From NCBI RefSeq assembly GCF_020745735.1, contig NC_083442.1, forward strand, positions 21,987,562 through 22,051,561: a DNA stretch of 64,000 bases, written 5' to 3'. Under the pieces are notes generated by a model. That model had not been told where the DNA came from, did not search any database, and worked only from the letters and a program-made list of their open reading frames with translations. The translations under genes and the position numbers were made by a program. The stretch comes from Hemiscyllium ocellatum. Lineage: Eukaryota. Positions 37,510-49,330 of this stretch are shown one piece after another (the stretch's first letter is position 1; each line of letters starts with the position of its first letter).

Positions 37510-38046
37510 TTATTTCATAAGGAATTTAGTAGATGATAAGGAAAATAAATGCTGAAGCTATGCAAGGTGTATTCAGACCCCAGCTGGAATACCATGACCC
37601 ATTTTTATCCCCTTATGTAATAGAATATATGCTGGCATTAGGGGCAGTCCATATACGTTTCACGAGATTTCACTGGGCGTGGAAGGATTTTCTCAGGAGG
37701 GAAGCTGAGCTACTACTTATTAAGAAGATTGAGAGAAGACTTTCTTAAAATACCTGATTCTTAGATGGTTTGACAGGGTGGGTGCAGCAAGGTTGTTTCC
37801 TAATGTGGGAGACTCCTGGACGAGAGGACGTAATCTCAGAGAGTGAGGGGTTACACATTTAAAATGGAGATGAGTGGGAATTTATTTTCTGAGGGTAGTG
37901 AATCTGTGGAATCCTTTACTATGGAGGGCTGACATAGCTGGCTCACTAAGGACATTCAAGGTTGAGATAGACTGGTTTGTAATCAGTCAGGGAATTGAGG
38001 GTTATGGGGAAAGATAGAAAAGTGGAGTTGAGGATTATCAGACCAG

Positions 38047-38815
38047 GAGAAAGTGAGGACTGCAGATGCTGTAGATCAGAGCTGAAAATGTGTTGCTGAA
38101 AAAGCGCATCAGGTCAGGCAGCATCCAGGGAGCAGGAGAATCGACGTTTCGGGCATGAGCCCTTCATCAGGAATGAGGAAAGTGTGCCAAGCAGGCTAAG
38201 ATAAAATGTAGGGAGGAGGGACTTGGGGGAGGGGTGTTGGAAATGCGATAGGTGGAAGGAGGTCAAGGTGAGGGTGATAGGCTGGAGTGGGGGTGGGGGC
38301 GGAGAGGTCAGGAAGAAGATTGCAGGTTAGGAAGGTGGTGCTGAGTTCGAGGGTTGGGACTGAGATAAGGTGGGGGGAGGGGAAATGAGGAAACTGGAGA
38401 AATCTGAGCTCATCCCTTGTGGTTGGAGGGTTCCTAGGCGGAGGCGCTCTTCCTCCAGCCGTCGTGTTGCTATGGTCTGGTGATGGAGGAGTCCAAGGAC
38501 CTGTATGTCCTTGGTGGAGTGGGAGGGGGAGTTGAAGTGTTGAGCCACGGGGTGGTTGGTCCGGGTGTCCCAGAGGTGTTCTCTGAAACATTCCGCAAGT
38601 AGGCGGCCTGTCTCCCCAATATAGAGAAGGCCACATCAGGTGCAGCGGATGCAGTAAATGATGTGTGTGGAGGTGCAGGTGAATTTGTGGCGGATATGGA
38701 AGGATCCCTTGGGGCCTTAGAGGGAAGTAAGGGGGGAGGTGTGGGCGCAAGTTTTGCATTGCAGCGGATGCAGTAAATAATGTGTGTGGAGGTGCAGGTG
38801 CAGCGGATGCAGCGG
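38047..38815 (-). mobile_element. 5'-truncated Penelope-like element, 12-bp TSD
   Basis: ORF 38327-38548 (AQHFNSPSHSTKDIQVLGLLH....RRLEEERL.LGTLQPQG) is the GIY-YIG C-terminus. ttatcagaccag is repeated at 38035-38046 and 38816-38827. Confidence 0.9.
38137..38175 (-). ncRNA. Minimal type-I hammerhead ribozyme motif in the PLE 3' terminus
   Basis: Minus strand reads CAUUC-CUGAUGA-A-GGGC-UCAU-GCCC-GAAA-C-GUC-GAUU: intact core, 4-bp stem II, palindromic ACGU stem III, and a GUC cleavage triplet at 38145-38143. Confidence 0.7.
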
Positions 38816-39454
38816 TTATCAGACCAGCCATGATTTCATTGACTGGCAGAATAAATTTGATGGGCTGAAAGGCCTACTTCTTATCTTGAGGTTTATTATG
38901 TTCCAGACGTTGAATAGGAAGGGAATAGTGCTTGGACTCTGTTGACTTTGTAGACATGGGTAGAAATCTTCTAAGGAAGAAGACACCAAATTTTAATGAA
39001 CACTTTGAGCAACATTAGATTTTGTACGTTCATGAATGACGTCATGTTAATGGGATTTTCACATCGCCATTTACACCTAGTCAGCATGAAAATCTTCCCA
39101 TTGGACTCTCTATTAAAGCAGTTCTGATTATCTTCCCCAAGATTCAATGATGATGAAGGATTTACTGGAGGAAATGATAAAATCTTTATTTGAATGTGAC
39201 CTCTTTTCCCATCTTCAGGCTTTATGTTGGCGGCTCAATCAGTGAATTCTAGAATTTCACAGCAATGAAGGAGCCTAAGAAGAAGGGTATTGGATCTTGA
39301 ATAATTTCTGAAGAAGGGTTATTGGACCTGAAATGGTAACTCTGCTTTCTCACCACAGATGCTGCTAGTTCTGCTGAGTTTTTCCAACAATTTCTGTTTT
39401 TGCTTCACTCAGATGATCCCCGATATGGACGGATTGTCTTAATGAACAAAAGTT

Positions 39455-40022
39455 AAGTGTGGGTTTTCTCCGGGTGCTCCAGTTTCCTCCCACAGATGTG
39501 CAGTTTAGGTGGATTGGCCAAGCTAAAATGCCCATAATATCTAGGGGTGTGCAGGCTAGGTGAATTAGAATTAAAATTAGAATTCCTACAGTGTGGAAAC
39601 AGGCCCTTTGGCCCAACAAGTCCACACCGACCCTCCGAAGAGTAACCTACCCAGACCGATTCCACTACCCTATATTTACCCCTGACTAATGCACCCAACC
39701 TACACATCCCAGAACACTATTGGCAGTTTAGCATGGCTAATTCACTGAACATGCTCATCCTTTGGATGGTGGGAGGAAACTGGAGTACCCAGAGAAAACG
39801 TACGCACACGGGGAGAATTCCAGTTGCCCGAGGCTGGAATTGAATCCGGGTCTCTGGCACTGTGAGGCAGCAGTGCTAACCACTGAGCCACTGTGCTGCC
39901 CAAAAAGCCATGGAAAATGCAGGGTTAGGGTGGGGGTGGGTAGGCCTGGGTGGGATGCTCATGGGAGTGTCAGTGTGGACTTGATGGGCTGAATGGCCTG
40001 CTTCCACACTGTAGGGCTGCTT
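39455..40022 (+). mobile_element. HE1 SINE (+, partial) interrupted by an antisense HE1 (39569-39901)
   Basis: Host ...ggtgaattag resumes as agccatggaaaatgcagggtt at 39906. Confidence 0.78.
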
Positions 40023-43000
40023 TGATTCATTGATAAACAGGTTGGGACTTTACTCACTCTAATTTAAAAGAATGAATGAAAATCAATTGAAACATGTTGG
40101 ATTCTTAAGGGGCTTGACAGGTAAATGCTGAGAGGATGTTTCCCCCTCATGGGAGGGTCTAAGACCATAGTCTCAGAACAAACGGGCACCGACTTAAGAC
40201 AATGATATGGAGGAATTTCTTCTCTCAGGATTGAGAGTCTGAGGAATGCCTTGCTATAGAGAATTGTGCTGCAGAGTTTTTGTGAATATTTAAGGTTGAG
40301 ATAGATTGTTGATCAGTACGGGAGTATGAGGAAGAGACAGGAAAATGTGTGTGAGGCATTCGTGACCAATAAAATAGTGCTGGCCTGTGTCAGCATTTCT
40401 TGAATGAATACAAAGTACTTGCAATTCGTGAACTGAGTAAGACTGCTGTTCTGCATTGTGTGTTATGATTTGTCATCTTCCTTGCAGAGTTCCTCTCTTG
40501 CGTCTACAGGCCAATGCGTGCATTCCTTTCCTATCCAAGGCCAGTAGGATCTATACCCTATTCCCCCTCTAGCATCAGGATGTCCACCCACCCCAACATA
40601 TAAGTCAAGCGAGACTGTTTCTCATGATTATGTGCGAGCGATTGCATTCAGGTAGTGACATTAACATAGTGAGACATTGCAAGGAGCTTCACTAGCACTT
40701 CATCAGACAAAATTTCACATTGCACCACGTCAAGATGTCACAATCAATGGCAAAACATGTGGCCAAAGAGATGGATTGGTTTTCAGTCCTTGCACGCAAT
40801 CTTAGAGAGTTTGCAAATTTTCCCAGTTGGTACTGCTAGAATATGTGGTGATCTCACACTTGGGAACCATCAGGAGAACTGCAATGGATTCAGAATTAAT
40901 TTCCATGACTCTGCATTGTTGACTAATGATGTGAAGTGAACCATGCATTGTTTGTTTTTTGTCCATTTGATAAATAATTATTCAAAATTCATGATGGATA
41001 AACACTTAGCCAGCTCCTGCGATCTTCCATCAATTTTTGTGAGAAATTACCATTCACGGTATGAAACAACTAAAAGTGCAGGAGTGGGAAGCATTAAGTA
41101 TCTAACATAAATATGGTGTTATGCCTAACATAAAACATTTTAGCTCAAAGCTAAAAGGCTAGATTCAATTTTAATTCCAATAGAAATTTTAATGAACAGT
41201 AACCAAAGGCTCAAGTTAATAAAATGTATTATGTCCTTCCCCAACATTATAGTCAGTCTGACTTGTTTTGATTTGAACTTACCACCCAAACTGCTTAGTG
41301 TTATTGTCTACTCGTTGATCACCAACTGTTGTCATAGTGACCATAGGGTGATTCTAAATTAAAAACTAAACAATGTCCACCCTTCCAAATCTCACTCCTC
41401 CTTTTAAGATGCATTTTCAAACCAATCTCATTGACCAAACCTTGTGGTGACCTTTGACCCAGAAGCAGTCCAGTAAAGGAACATTTTTAATTTCTCTGAA
41501 ATGCCTGTGGAATCTGAAAGCTTGCAAAGGAAAAGCCAAGAGTTTGCATCAGTTATAAAATGATTAGTTGTAATTTTTCTTGGCTAATAAGAAATATTGG
41601 TCCATCTGTCCTGACAACACATAACCATAACCATGCAGTGTTGACCAGGGCGAAGCTGAGCTAGAAATGTTGTAGTCGGACACAAAGCCAAGCTAGAGAG
41701 TGTGGCAGTGATCAGTGTGTGAGGAGACAAACTCACTGCCTTAAAGAACAAAGGAGAGCTGCAGAAGAGAGAACACAGCAGGCATATTAACAAGGAGTTG
41801 TGTGTAATATAGTTTAACAGGACAGAAGTTCTCACATCCATCTTGGCATGAGGCAAGTTGAAGAGCTGAAGGGACCATCTCCGCTTGAGGGCACAGGAGA
41901 TGCATGGTGTCAAGCTAATGTGAGCCTTTTATATAAAGGCTATATTTCTGATATTTTTGTTGCATTTCTGTTCCCAGTAATTCACTGGGAGTCTTTCTTT
42001 TCCACCTTCACAGCTTTAAAATTCAGCAGTTTGAGGACAGGGTGAAGTTATCTATAGATTGATGCAGGCTCCTAGTTAGTACCCTTGCCTGTAATCTGAC
42101 AATGAATAGGTTAGCTTATTCTGGGTCAAATAACAGAACTGATAGCCATGATTAAATGCAAACAGTGGCACAGCGGTTTACTTGGATCTGTTATCAACCG
42201 TACTTCTTATTCATGGTTATCTTTATTTCCAGTAATCACTGCAAACATCTCCATATCATTCCACAAACAGGTGCCTTTATCGATGCATTTGTATGCCCTT
42301 GTGCGTTGTGCCTCTGACTGTTCTCGCAATTCATTAATCTTTGCAACGTCTCCATCGTAAATTTTACACAGGTTCCAGATATCTGACGTGCTGCTAATTT
42401 TGGAGAAGGCAATTTGAGTGATAAATTGGCTTATTCCAGGGCAGTGACAGTTAATGACTCTTCACCTGAAGAAGCCTTGCAGAGATTGTGGCTTTGAGAT
42501 TTTCGCCTTTAATGGGAATCATGCATGCAGCACTGAACTGCTCAGAGCTCGAGCTGTTAGTGTTCAGCTTCTGATTTTTGGCTGCACCTTTTAAAATATA
42601 GCCATCACTGTTGTAATCTTCAAAATACAAGATTCTAAAGAGATACTTCTGAGAGGTTGAGATAAAGATATTTCTTTGCTTTAGGAATAAAATGAGTTTA
42701 ATGTCTCTTTCATTTTCCACATTGTGTTTTTTTAGTCCTCCAATTTTGGGCTGGTATAGTATCCAGTGCCCATTTCCTTTAAGTGCAGTACGTAAGGGAA
42801 AGAGGTAATTCAATGTGCAACTTTTGGGAAATCAGTGCAGATCAGCGGCTGATCTCTGTCCGGGTTTAAATTCTCCCTCTACTCAAACTGCAGGAATGTT
42901 CCCTTCTGACCACTTCGGGATTATTTGGGTTTTAAGCATCAAACAAAAAAAGTAGTCGTTATCCAATACGTTTTTGGCAATTTAATATAAGTTTTGTCCC

Positions 43001-43049
43001 CTGTTTGAGGTGGCACACTTAAAATCAAAATCTTGGAACTCCCTAAGGG

Positions 43050-43535
43050 CATCATGCTGGTTCAGTGGTTAGCACTGTGGCCTCAGGGACGCAGGTTTGA
43101 TTCCCGCCTCGGGCAACTGTGAGTGTGGCGTTTGCACATTCTCCCCGCATCTGCGTGAGTTTCCTCCGGGTGCTCAGGTTTCCTCCCACAGTCCAAAGAC
43201 ATGCAGGTTAAATGGATTGTCAATGTCGAATTGCCCCAAAGTGTCTAGAGATGTGCAGGTGGGTTAGCCATGGGAAATGCAGGATTTGATTAGACTAGAT
43301 TAGATTACTTACAGTGTGGAAACAGGCCCTTCGGCCCAACAAGTCCACACCGACCCGCCGAAGTGCAATCCACCCAGACCCATTCCCCTACACCTATAAC
43401 TACAGGCAATTTAGCATGGCCAATTCACCTAACCTGTACTTTTTTAGACAGTGGGAGGAAACCGGATAGGGCGTGGGTCTGGGTGAGATGGTTGGGCTGA
43501 ATGGCTTGCTTCCACTCTGTAGGGATTCTATGATT
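43050..43535 (+). mobile_element. HE1 SINE (+) interrupted by an antisense HE1 3' part (43287-43464)
   Basis: Host ...gggaaatgcaggatt resumes as gatagggcgtgggtctggg at 43465. Confidence 0.78.
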
Positions 43536-44104
43536 CTCCCTTGCTAACAGCTCTGCGGGCGCAGCTGTACCACTTAGACTGCAGTCACCCAAGAAAGCAG
43601 CTCATCTCCAACTTAATAAGGATGCCAACATCTGAAAGTCAAATTAGAAGATCTGTAAATGATAAAATGTGCAGAATCACTGGCAGGAGGCAGGAGAATT
43701 GCACACGGAGCATTGTTCACTCAGAGAGCTGGTGCAGATCTGGCTTCCTTCTGCAATGCATCAATTCTGTGATTTGTTTTTGTGTCAAAATAATTAATCG
43801 CAGTGCTTATAGGAACCCTCTACTGAAACCACCAACAGCAACTTCTGCTGAACTCCTGCACTGAAGAATCCATTCCCTCCATCAAAAGCAGGGTGAAACG
43901 AGGGAGTATAGCCTTACATTTAGGGCTAAGCTGATGAGGGGTGATGTCAGGAAGCTTATCAACAGACAGAGGTTGATGGGAATCTGGAACTTTCTGGCTT
44001 CTCAAAATGCTGTTGAGGTGTCAATTGAAAATCTCCAACTTCTGATGGAGGTTTTGTTTGTTATGGGGATTATCCAACTCAGATATCTGGTATTTTAAAA
44101 GGGA

Positions 44105-44530
44105 TTAGAGTCATACAGTCCTAGAGCCCTACAGCACAGAGAAAGGGCCTTCAGCCTAAACTAGTCCATGCTGACCAAAATGTCCAACACACTAACCCCA
44201 TTTCCCTGGTCTTGGCCCATATCCTTCTAAACTTTTCCTATCCATGCATTTGTCCAAATGCCTTTGAAGTGTTATTAATGTACCATTTTCACTGGCAGCT
44301 CATTCCATATGCGTACCACCCTCTTGTGTAAAAATGCAGCCCTTCAGGTTCCCTTTTATTCTTTCCCTCTCACCTTCAACTGATGCCCTCTAGTCCTCAA
44401 TTCCCCAACCTTGGGAAAAAGACTTAAGTGCATTCACCCTATCCATGCCTCTCATGATCTTCTACACTTCTATAAGATCCCCGCTCAGTCTCCTATGCTC
44501 CAAAGAAAAAAGTCCTAGCTTGTCCAACCT
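44105..44530 (-). mobile_element. HER1/CR1 3' fragment
   Basis: ttagagtcatacagtcctagagccctacagcacagagaaagggccttcagcc tail and CR1 3' body. Confidence 0.75.
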
Positions 44531-45413
44531 TTCCCTATAACTCAGATTATATCCTGGGATGTGGGTGTCATTGATGAGGCCAGAATTTGTGGCCCATCCC
44601 TAATTTCTCTTGAACTGAGTGTTTTGCTTGACCATTTCAGTGAGAGGTTCAGAGTCAACCATGTTTCTACAAGTCAGTAGTTATGTGTAGGTCAGGCCAC
44701 GTAAGGAAGGGAGATTTCCCTCCCTAAATGGATGGAGATCTGTCATGACTTAATTGAATAGCAGCACAGGCTAAAGGGCCAAATGGTCTATCCCTAATCC
44801 TGTTCACTTTCATAGTTACATTTAACAATGACTATGACTCTGTGTGAATCTGTGAACAGAATGCCAACTTAGGTTAGTGTACAATGCAGTCTTGTATTGG
44901 AAACAAAAGCTGTGGGAACCATATTAAGACTAGTGTACAAGTTGAATGCTGAAAAGGAGAGGAGAATGGACTTGCATCTTGATGTTCAGATATTTGCTTA
45001 ACAGGCAGATAACTCACAGGGTCAGCTGATGTGGATAAAAAGTAAAAAAAACTCAGTTGTTTCTCATATCAAATTTTAACTAAGATACCTGAAGGATTAA
45101 CTATGGAAACGCCTTGCAGAGGGAGAAAGAAACCAGAGAGAAGAGATTAGAATTAGGTTTTATTGCCACATGTACTCAAGTACAGGAGTACAGTTACCTG
45201 CAATGCTATCTGAGGTATAAAGTAAAAATCGAAACTGTGGAAGCTATAAATCAGAAACAGAAACAGAAATTGCTGGAAAAGCTCAGCAGGGTCTGGCATC
45301 ATCTGTGCAGAGTAATCTGAGATAATGGGTTGAGTGACCCTTCCTCAGAACTGATGGGAGCGAGGGAAAAAGTTCAGAGAAGGGTTGCTGTGTAGGTGTA
45401 GGACTCATTTTAG

Positions 45414-45724
45414 TGGGTGGCACAGTGGTTAGCACTGCTGCCTCAAAGCGCCTGAGACCCGGGTTCAATTCCCGACTCAGGCGACAGACTGTGTGGAGTT
45501 TGCACGTTCTCCCTGTGTCTGCGTGGGTTTCCTCCGGGTGCTCCGGTTTCCTCCCGCAGTCCAAAGATGTGCGGGTCAGGTGAATTGGCCATGCTAAATT
45601 GCCCGTAGTGTTAGGTAAGGGGTCAAATGTACGGGTATGGGTGGGTTGCGCTTTGGCGGGTCGGTGTGGACTTGTTGGGCTGAAGGGCCTGTTTCCACAC
45701 TGTAAGTAACCTAAACTAATCTAA
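45414..45724 (+). mobile_element. HE1-like SINE, full length
   Basis: Near-identical to 2201-2507. Confidence 0.88.
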
Positions 45725-45989
45725 ATTTTCAGCAATTTCTGGTTTTGTTCGGTACAAAGTACCTAGTTACAAATCTTGGGTATTAAAACCGATTAGGTAC
45801 AAAAATAGAGAAATAAAGAAAAAGCTAAAAGTGCTACAGTACAGTTCTTAGTATAAATTAGGAAAATAAACAAATAAAATAAACATTACAGCCCTTCTAT
45901 AGCTTGCAGCCACTCTGTGTGGGGGGCTTTCCACACATGGTCTCACTCTTGCCCCCTGCTGGGCCAAAGCCAACTGGGCTTGCAAGCCA

Positions 45990-46585
45990 CTGACCGCCCC
46001 TGTGACAGGCTGAACACACCGCGCTCCAGTCCACCCACTGACCGCACCCTGTGACAGGCTGAACACACCGCGCTCCAGTCCACCCACTGACCGCACCCTG
46101 TGACAGGCTGAACACACCGCGCTCCAGTCCACCCACTGACCGCCCCCTGTGACAGGCTGAACACACCGCGCTCCAGTCCACCCACTGACCGCCCCCTGTG
46201 ACAGGCTGAACACACCGCGCTCCAGTCCACCCACTGACCGTCCCCTGTAACAGGCTGACCACACTGGGCTCCAGACCACTGACTGACTGTCATCTTTGAC
46301 AGACTGACCACACTGGGCTCCAGTCCACCCACTGACTGCCATCTTTGACAGGCTGATCACACAAGGCTCCAGTCCACCCACTGACCACCATCTTTGACAG
46401 GCTGACCACACTGGGCTCCAGTCCATCCACTGACCACCATCTTTGACAGGCTGACCACACCAGGCTCCAGTCCACCCACTGACCGCCATCACTGACAGGC
46501 TGCACACATCGGGCTTCATTCCACCCACTAACCATCCCCTGTGACAGGCTGACCACACCGGGCCCCAGTCCACCTCCTGCCAACT
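45990..46585. repeat. 49-bp minisatellite, ~12 copies
   Basis: Unit ccactgaccgc(a/c)ccctgtgacaggctgaacacaccgcgctccagtccac; gcgctccagt recurs at 46021, 46070 and 46119. Confidence 0.92.
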
Positions 46586-47099
46586 GCCCCACTTTGGGTT
46601 CAGTAGTATCACATTCAAGTTCTTTTTGAGTCCATTCATAACATTGCGTTTCATTTTGATGATTTGTGGGTTTGACCATTATAAGAAATTGAACATTGAG
46701 GGTTGCTGAAAAGGACACATTTTGTTCAGTCAGCACCCTCCTCGTACATAATGGAATATGGTTTTCTCTTTACGTTAGTAGTTTCTGTCAAGTGTTCAGA
46801 TGAACACAAGATTAAAACTTTGATGGAACATGTCTTTTGGCTTGTCCACTACAATAGCTTAATGGCATCTAAAAGGAGACATGAAGTTGAGACTTATTCA
46901 AGCACATATTCTTCAAAAAGAGACACTTATTTATACAGCATGACAAGAGGCTGCTGATTAAGTTGAGCTGTGGTTGGCATGGCGAGGCAGTGGAAGCTAT
47001 TAGTTGTCAGTCTTTACCCAGTTTGAGTTTAATCAGTTAACAGATCAACTTTGTTCACCCAGACATTGCAATATTCAGACTACATTGTCACTCTAGATC

Positions 47100-47620
47100 A
47101 TGGGTGATCATCTCCTCAATGCCATTTTCTAACATCATTCCATATTCCCTAATGTCTTTAGTCTCCAAGAAAGCTATGGATCTCTGCCTTGAACCTGCTC
47201 AATGAATGAGCTTTCAAGGCCTTTTTGGATAGAGAATTCCAAAGATTCAATCACCCTCTGAATGAAGAACTTCCTCCTCAATCGCAGTCCTAAGGTAACC
47301 TCCTATTCTGAAACCATGTATCCTAGTGCTAGAGTGAGTATCCAAAATGAATCACTCTATCACGTTCTTCAAGAATGATTTAACTTTCAATGCAATCATG
47401 ACCCATTCTTCAAAACTCTAGGGAATACAGTCCCACTTTCCTTAGTCTCTTCCCAAAGGGCAATACTCCCACTCCAGAGATTTATGGCACTGTCCCTACG
47501 TCAGGTATATCTTTCCTTGGATGAGGAGGCCAAAATTGTAAGCAATATTCCAAATAAATTCTTGCCTAAGTTGTACACAACTGTGGCATTACTTCTACAA
47601 CTATACACAAATCCCTTTGA
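47100..47620 (-). mobile_element. Degenerate CR1 3' fragment
   Basis: agagaattccaaagattcaatcaccctctgaatgaagaacttcctcctc, a typical antisense CR1 3' sequence. Confidence 0.65.
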
Positions 47621-47749
47621 AACAGAAGGGTCTGTTTCCGTGCTGTACATCTCTATGACTCTAAATACTGAAATACTGTATACCTTCTAATTGTTTGCAT
47701 ATATGTTTCTGTTAGCTTTTCATAAAATCACAGATGTGTTACTGTGCAG

Positions 47750-47975
47750 AAATGACATGTCTTGCTCAGATGGGCTGGTTTTGAGTGATTAACGCCTTGA
47801 TGCCGGGCATGTTGGCTTGAGAAAAGACAGTGATGTTGGACAGTCGTCTCTTGTTACCTGAATTTGGAGAGTCTTGCAAAGGCATCACTGGTGGGTCTTT
47901 GAGGTGCCTGCTGTAGGTTGTCCAAGGATCTAATGCACATAACAACAGGGGGATCATTGCCGACCAGTGTTTTGT
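47750..47975 (-). mobile_element. RTE-clade LINE remnant
   Basis: ORF 47766-48047 (MIPLLLCALDPWTTYSRHLK...RRLSNITVFSQANMPGIKALITQNQ) resembles the RTE ORF C-terminus (VIPTLLYGSETWT.Y.RHLK...N..VL..AN.P.IEAL....QLRWAGHV). Confidence 0.7.
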
Positions 47976-48434
47976 TCTCTTCTGCACAGACCTGCAAAGT
48001 CCGTGTGTGCTTGTGAACCAGACATTAGTGTGCCAATCACCATGCATGGATCCTCATCAGCTGTGCATAGAACTTTAAAGAAGTCTTACTGGCCATCAAA
48101 ACAGAACAATAAGTCTTTGGTTTGACACCCTGGTCCTCAAATACTCTTTTTTCTCTCTTTTATTGATTGAAGTTGGCATATTGGAAGCAATAATGAATTT
48201 GGTTGTCTGTTTTCATTCATTGAAGTAAGTCTCCGAGATTATGGAAACGGCCTGTATTTTCCAGTATTGTATCATTGATCTGAATTGATGGGTACAGGTA
48301 CGTAGAGGAGGAACTTCAGCTTTCTGCATTTTTTCCTGAAAGGCTTATTTTTCTGTGCATTTCAGAGACGGGGTTGATAATGGCCTGGAACTCTGTTTTC
48401 GAGTAAACACCCAGACGAGAGTTAACCAGGCACT

Positions 48435-49330
48435 AGGTGGCAGGGTGAAATGTGATGAGGATGTTAGGAGATTACAGGGTGAGCTGGACAAGTTAGGTGA
48501 GTGTTCAGATGCATGGCAGATGCAGTTTAATGTGGATAAATGTATGGTTATTCACTTTGGTGACAAGAACAAGAAGGCAGATTACTACCTAACTGGAATC
48601 AATTCAGGTAAAGGGGCAGTACAGAGAGATCTGGGTGTTCTCGTACACCAGTCAATGAAGGTAAGCCTGCAGGTACAGCAGGATGTGAAGAAGGCTAATA
48701 GCATGCTGGCCTTCATAACAAGAGGGATTGAATATAGAAGCAAAGAGGTTCTTCTGCAGCTGTACAGGGCCCTGGTGAGACCACACCTGGGTACTGTGTG
48801 CAGTTCTGGTATGCAAATTTGAGGAAAGACATTCTGGCTATTGAGGGAGTGCAGCATAGGTTCACGAGGTTAATTCCTGGAATGGCAGGATTACCTTACA
48901 CTGAAAGACTGGATCGACTTGGCTTGTATACCCTTGAGTTTAGAAGACTGAGAGGGGATCTGATTGAAACATATAAGATTATTAAAGGATTGGTCACTCT
49001 GGAGGCAAGAAACATGTTTCCGCTGACGGGTGAGTGCCGAACCAGAGGACATAGCTTAAAAATACGGGGTAGACCGTTTAGGACAGAGATGAGGAGAAAC
49101 TTCTTCACCCAGTGGCTGTGTGGAATGCTCTTCCCCAGAGGACAGTGGAGGCCCAGTCTCTGGATTCGTTTAAGAAAGAGTTGGATAGATCTCTCCAGGA
49201 TTGTGGAATCAAGGGTAATGGAGATAAGGCAGGAACAGGATACTGATTAAGAATGATCAGCCATGATCATATTGAATGGTGGTGCAGGCTCGAAGGGCAG
49301 AATGGTCTACTCCTGTCCCTATTGTCTATT
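48435..49330 (+). mobile_element. CR1 LINE, 5'-truncated, relatively young
   Basis: ORFs 48355-48822 (LQGELDKLGE...WQMQFNVDKC...LYRALVRPHL) and 48798-49250, followed by a 3' UTR ending attgtctattg. Confidence 0.92.

Larger units (their letters stand above)
34900..38870 (+). mobile_element. Degenerate CR1 host element interrupted by two Penelope insertions
   Basis: RT motifs at 35150-35880 (ccacagggatcagtgctg = PQGSVL) resume at 37510, and the 3' UTR resumes at 38816. Confidence 0.75.
45130..46600 (-). mobile_element. Non-autonomous retroposon with a Rex1-like tail, carrying a minisatellite and nested insertions
   Basis: Tail ggttttattgccacatgtactcaagtacagg at ~45155-45190 and gggggctttccacacatggtct at ~45922 are antisense to 2700-2978. 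A family B PLE palindrome and an HE1 are nested at ~45245-45755. Confidence 0.5.

Noticed and set aside
46000-46260. Array of CTCF sites in the minisatellite units
   Set aside because: The unit matches only the AGGGGGCG half and mismatches the first four core positions.
45848-46654. 268-aa ORF, the longest in the window, plus overlapping ORFs
   Set aside because: Produced by the stop-free 49-bp minisatellite; all three frames are open and there is no domain signature.
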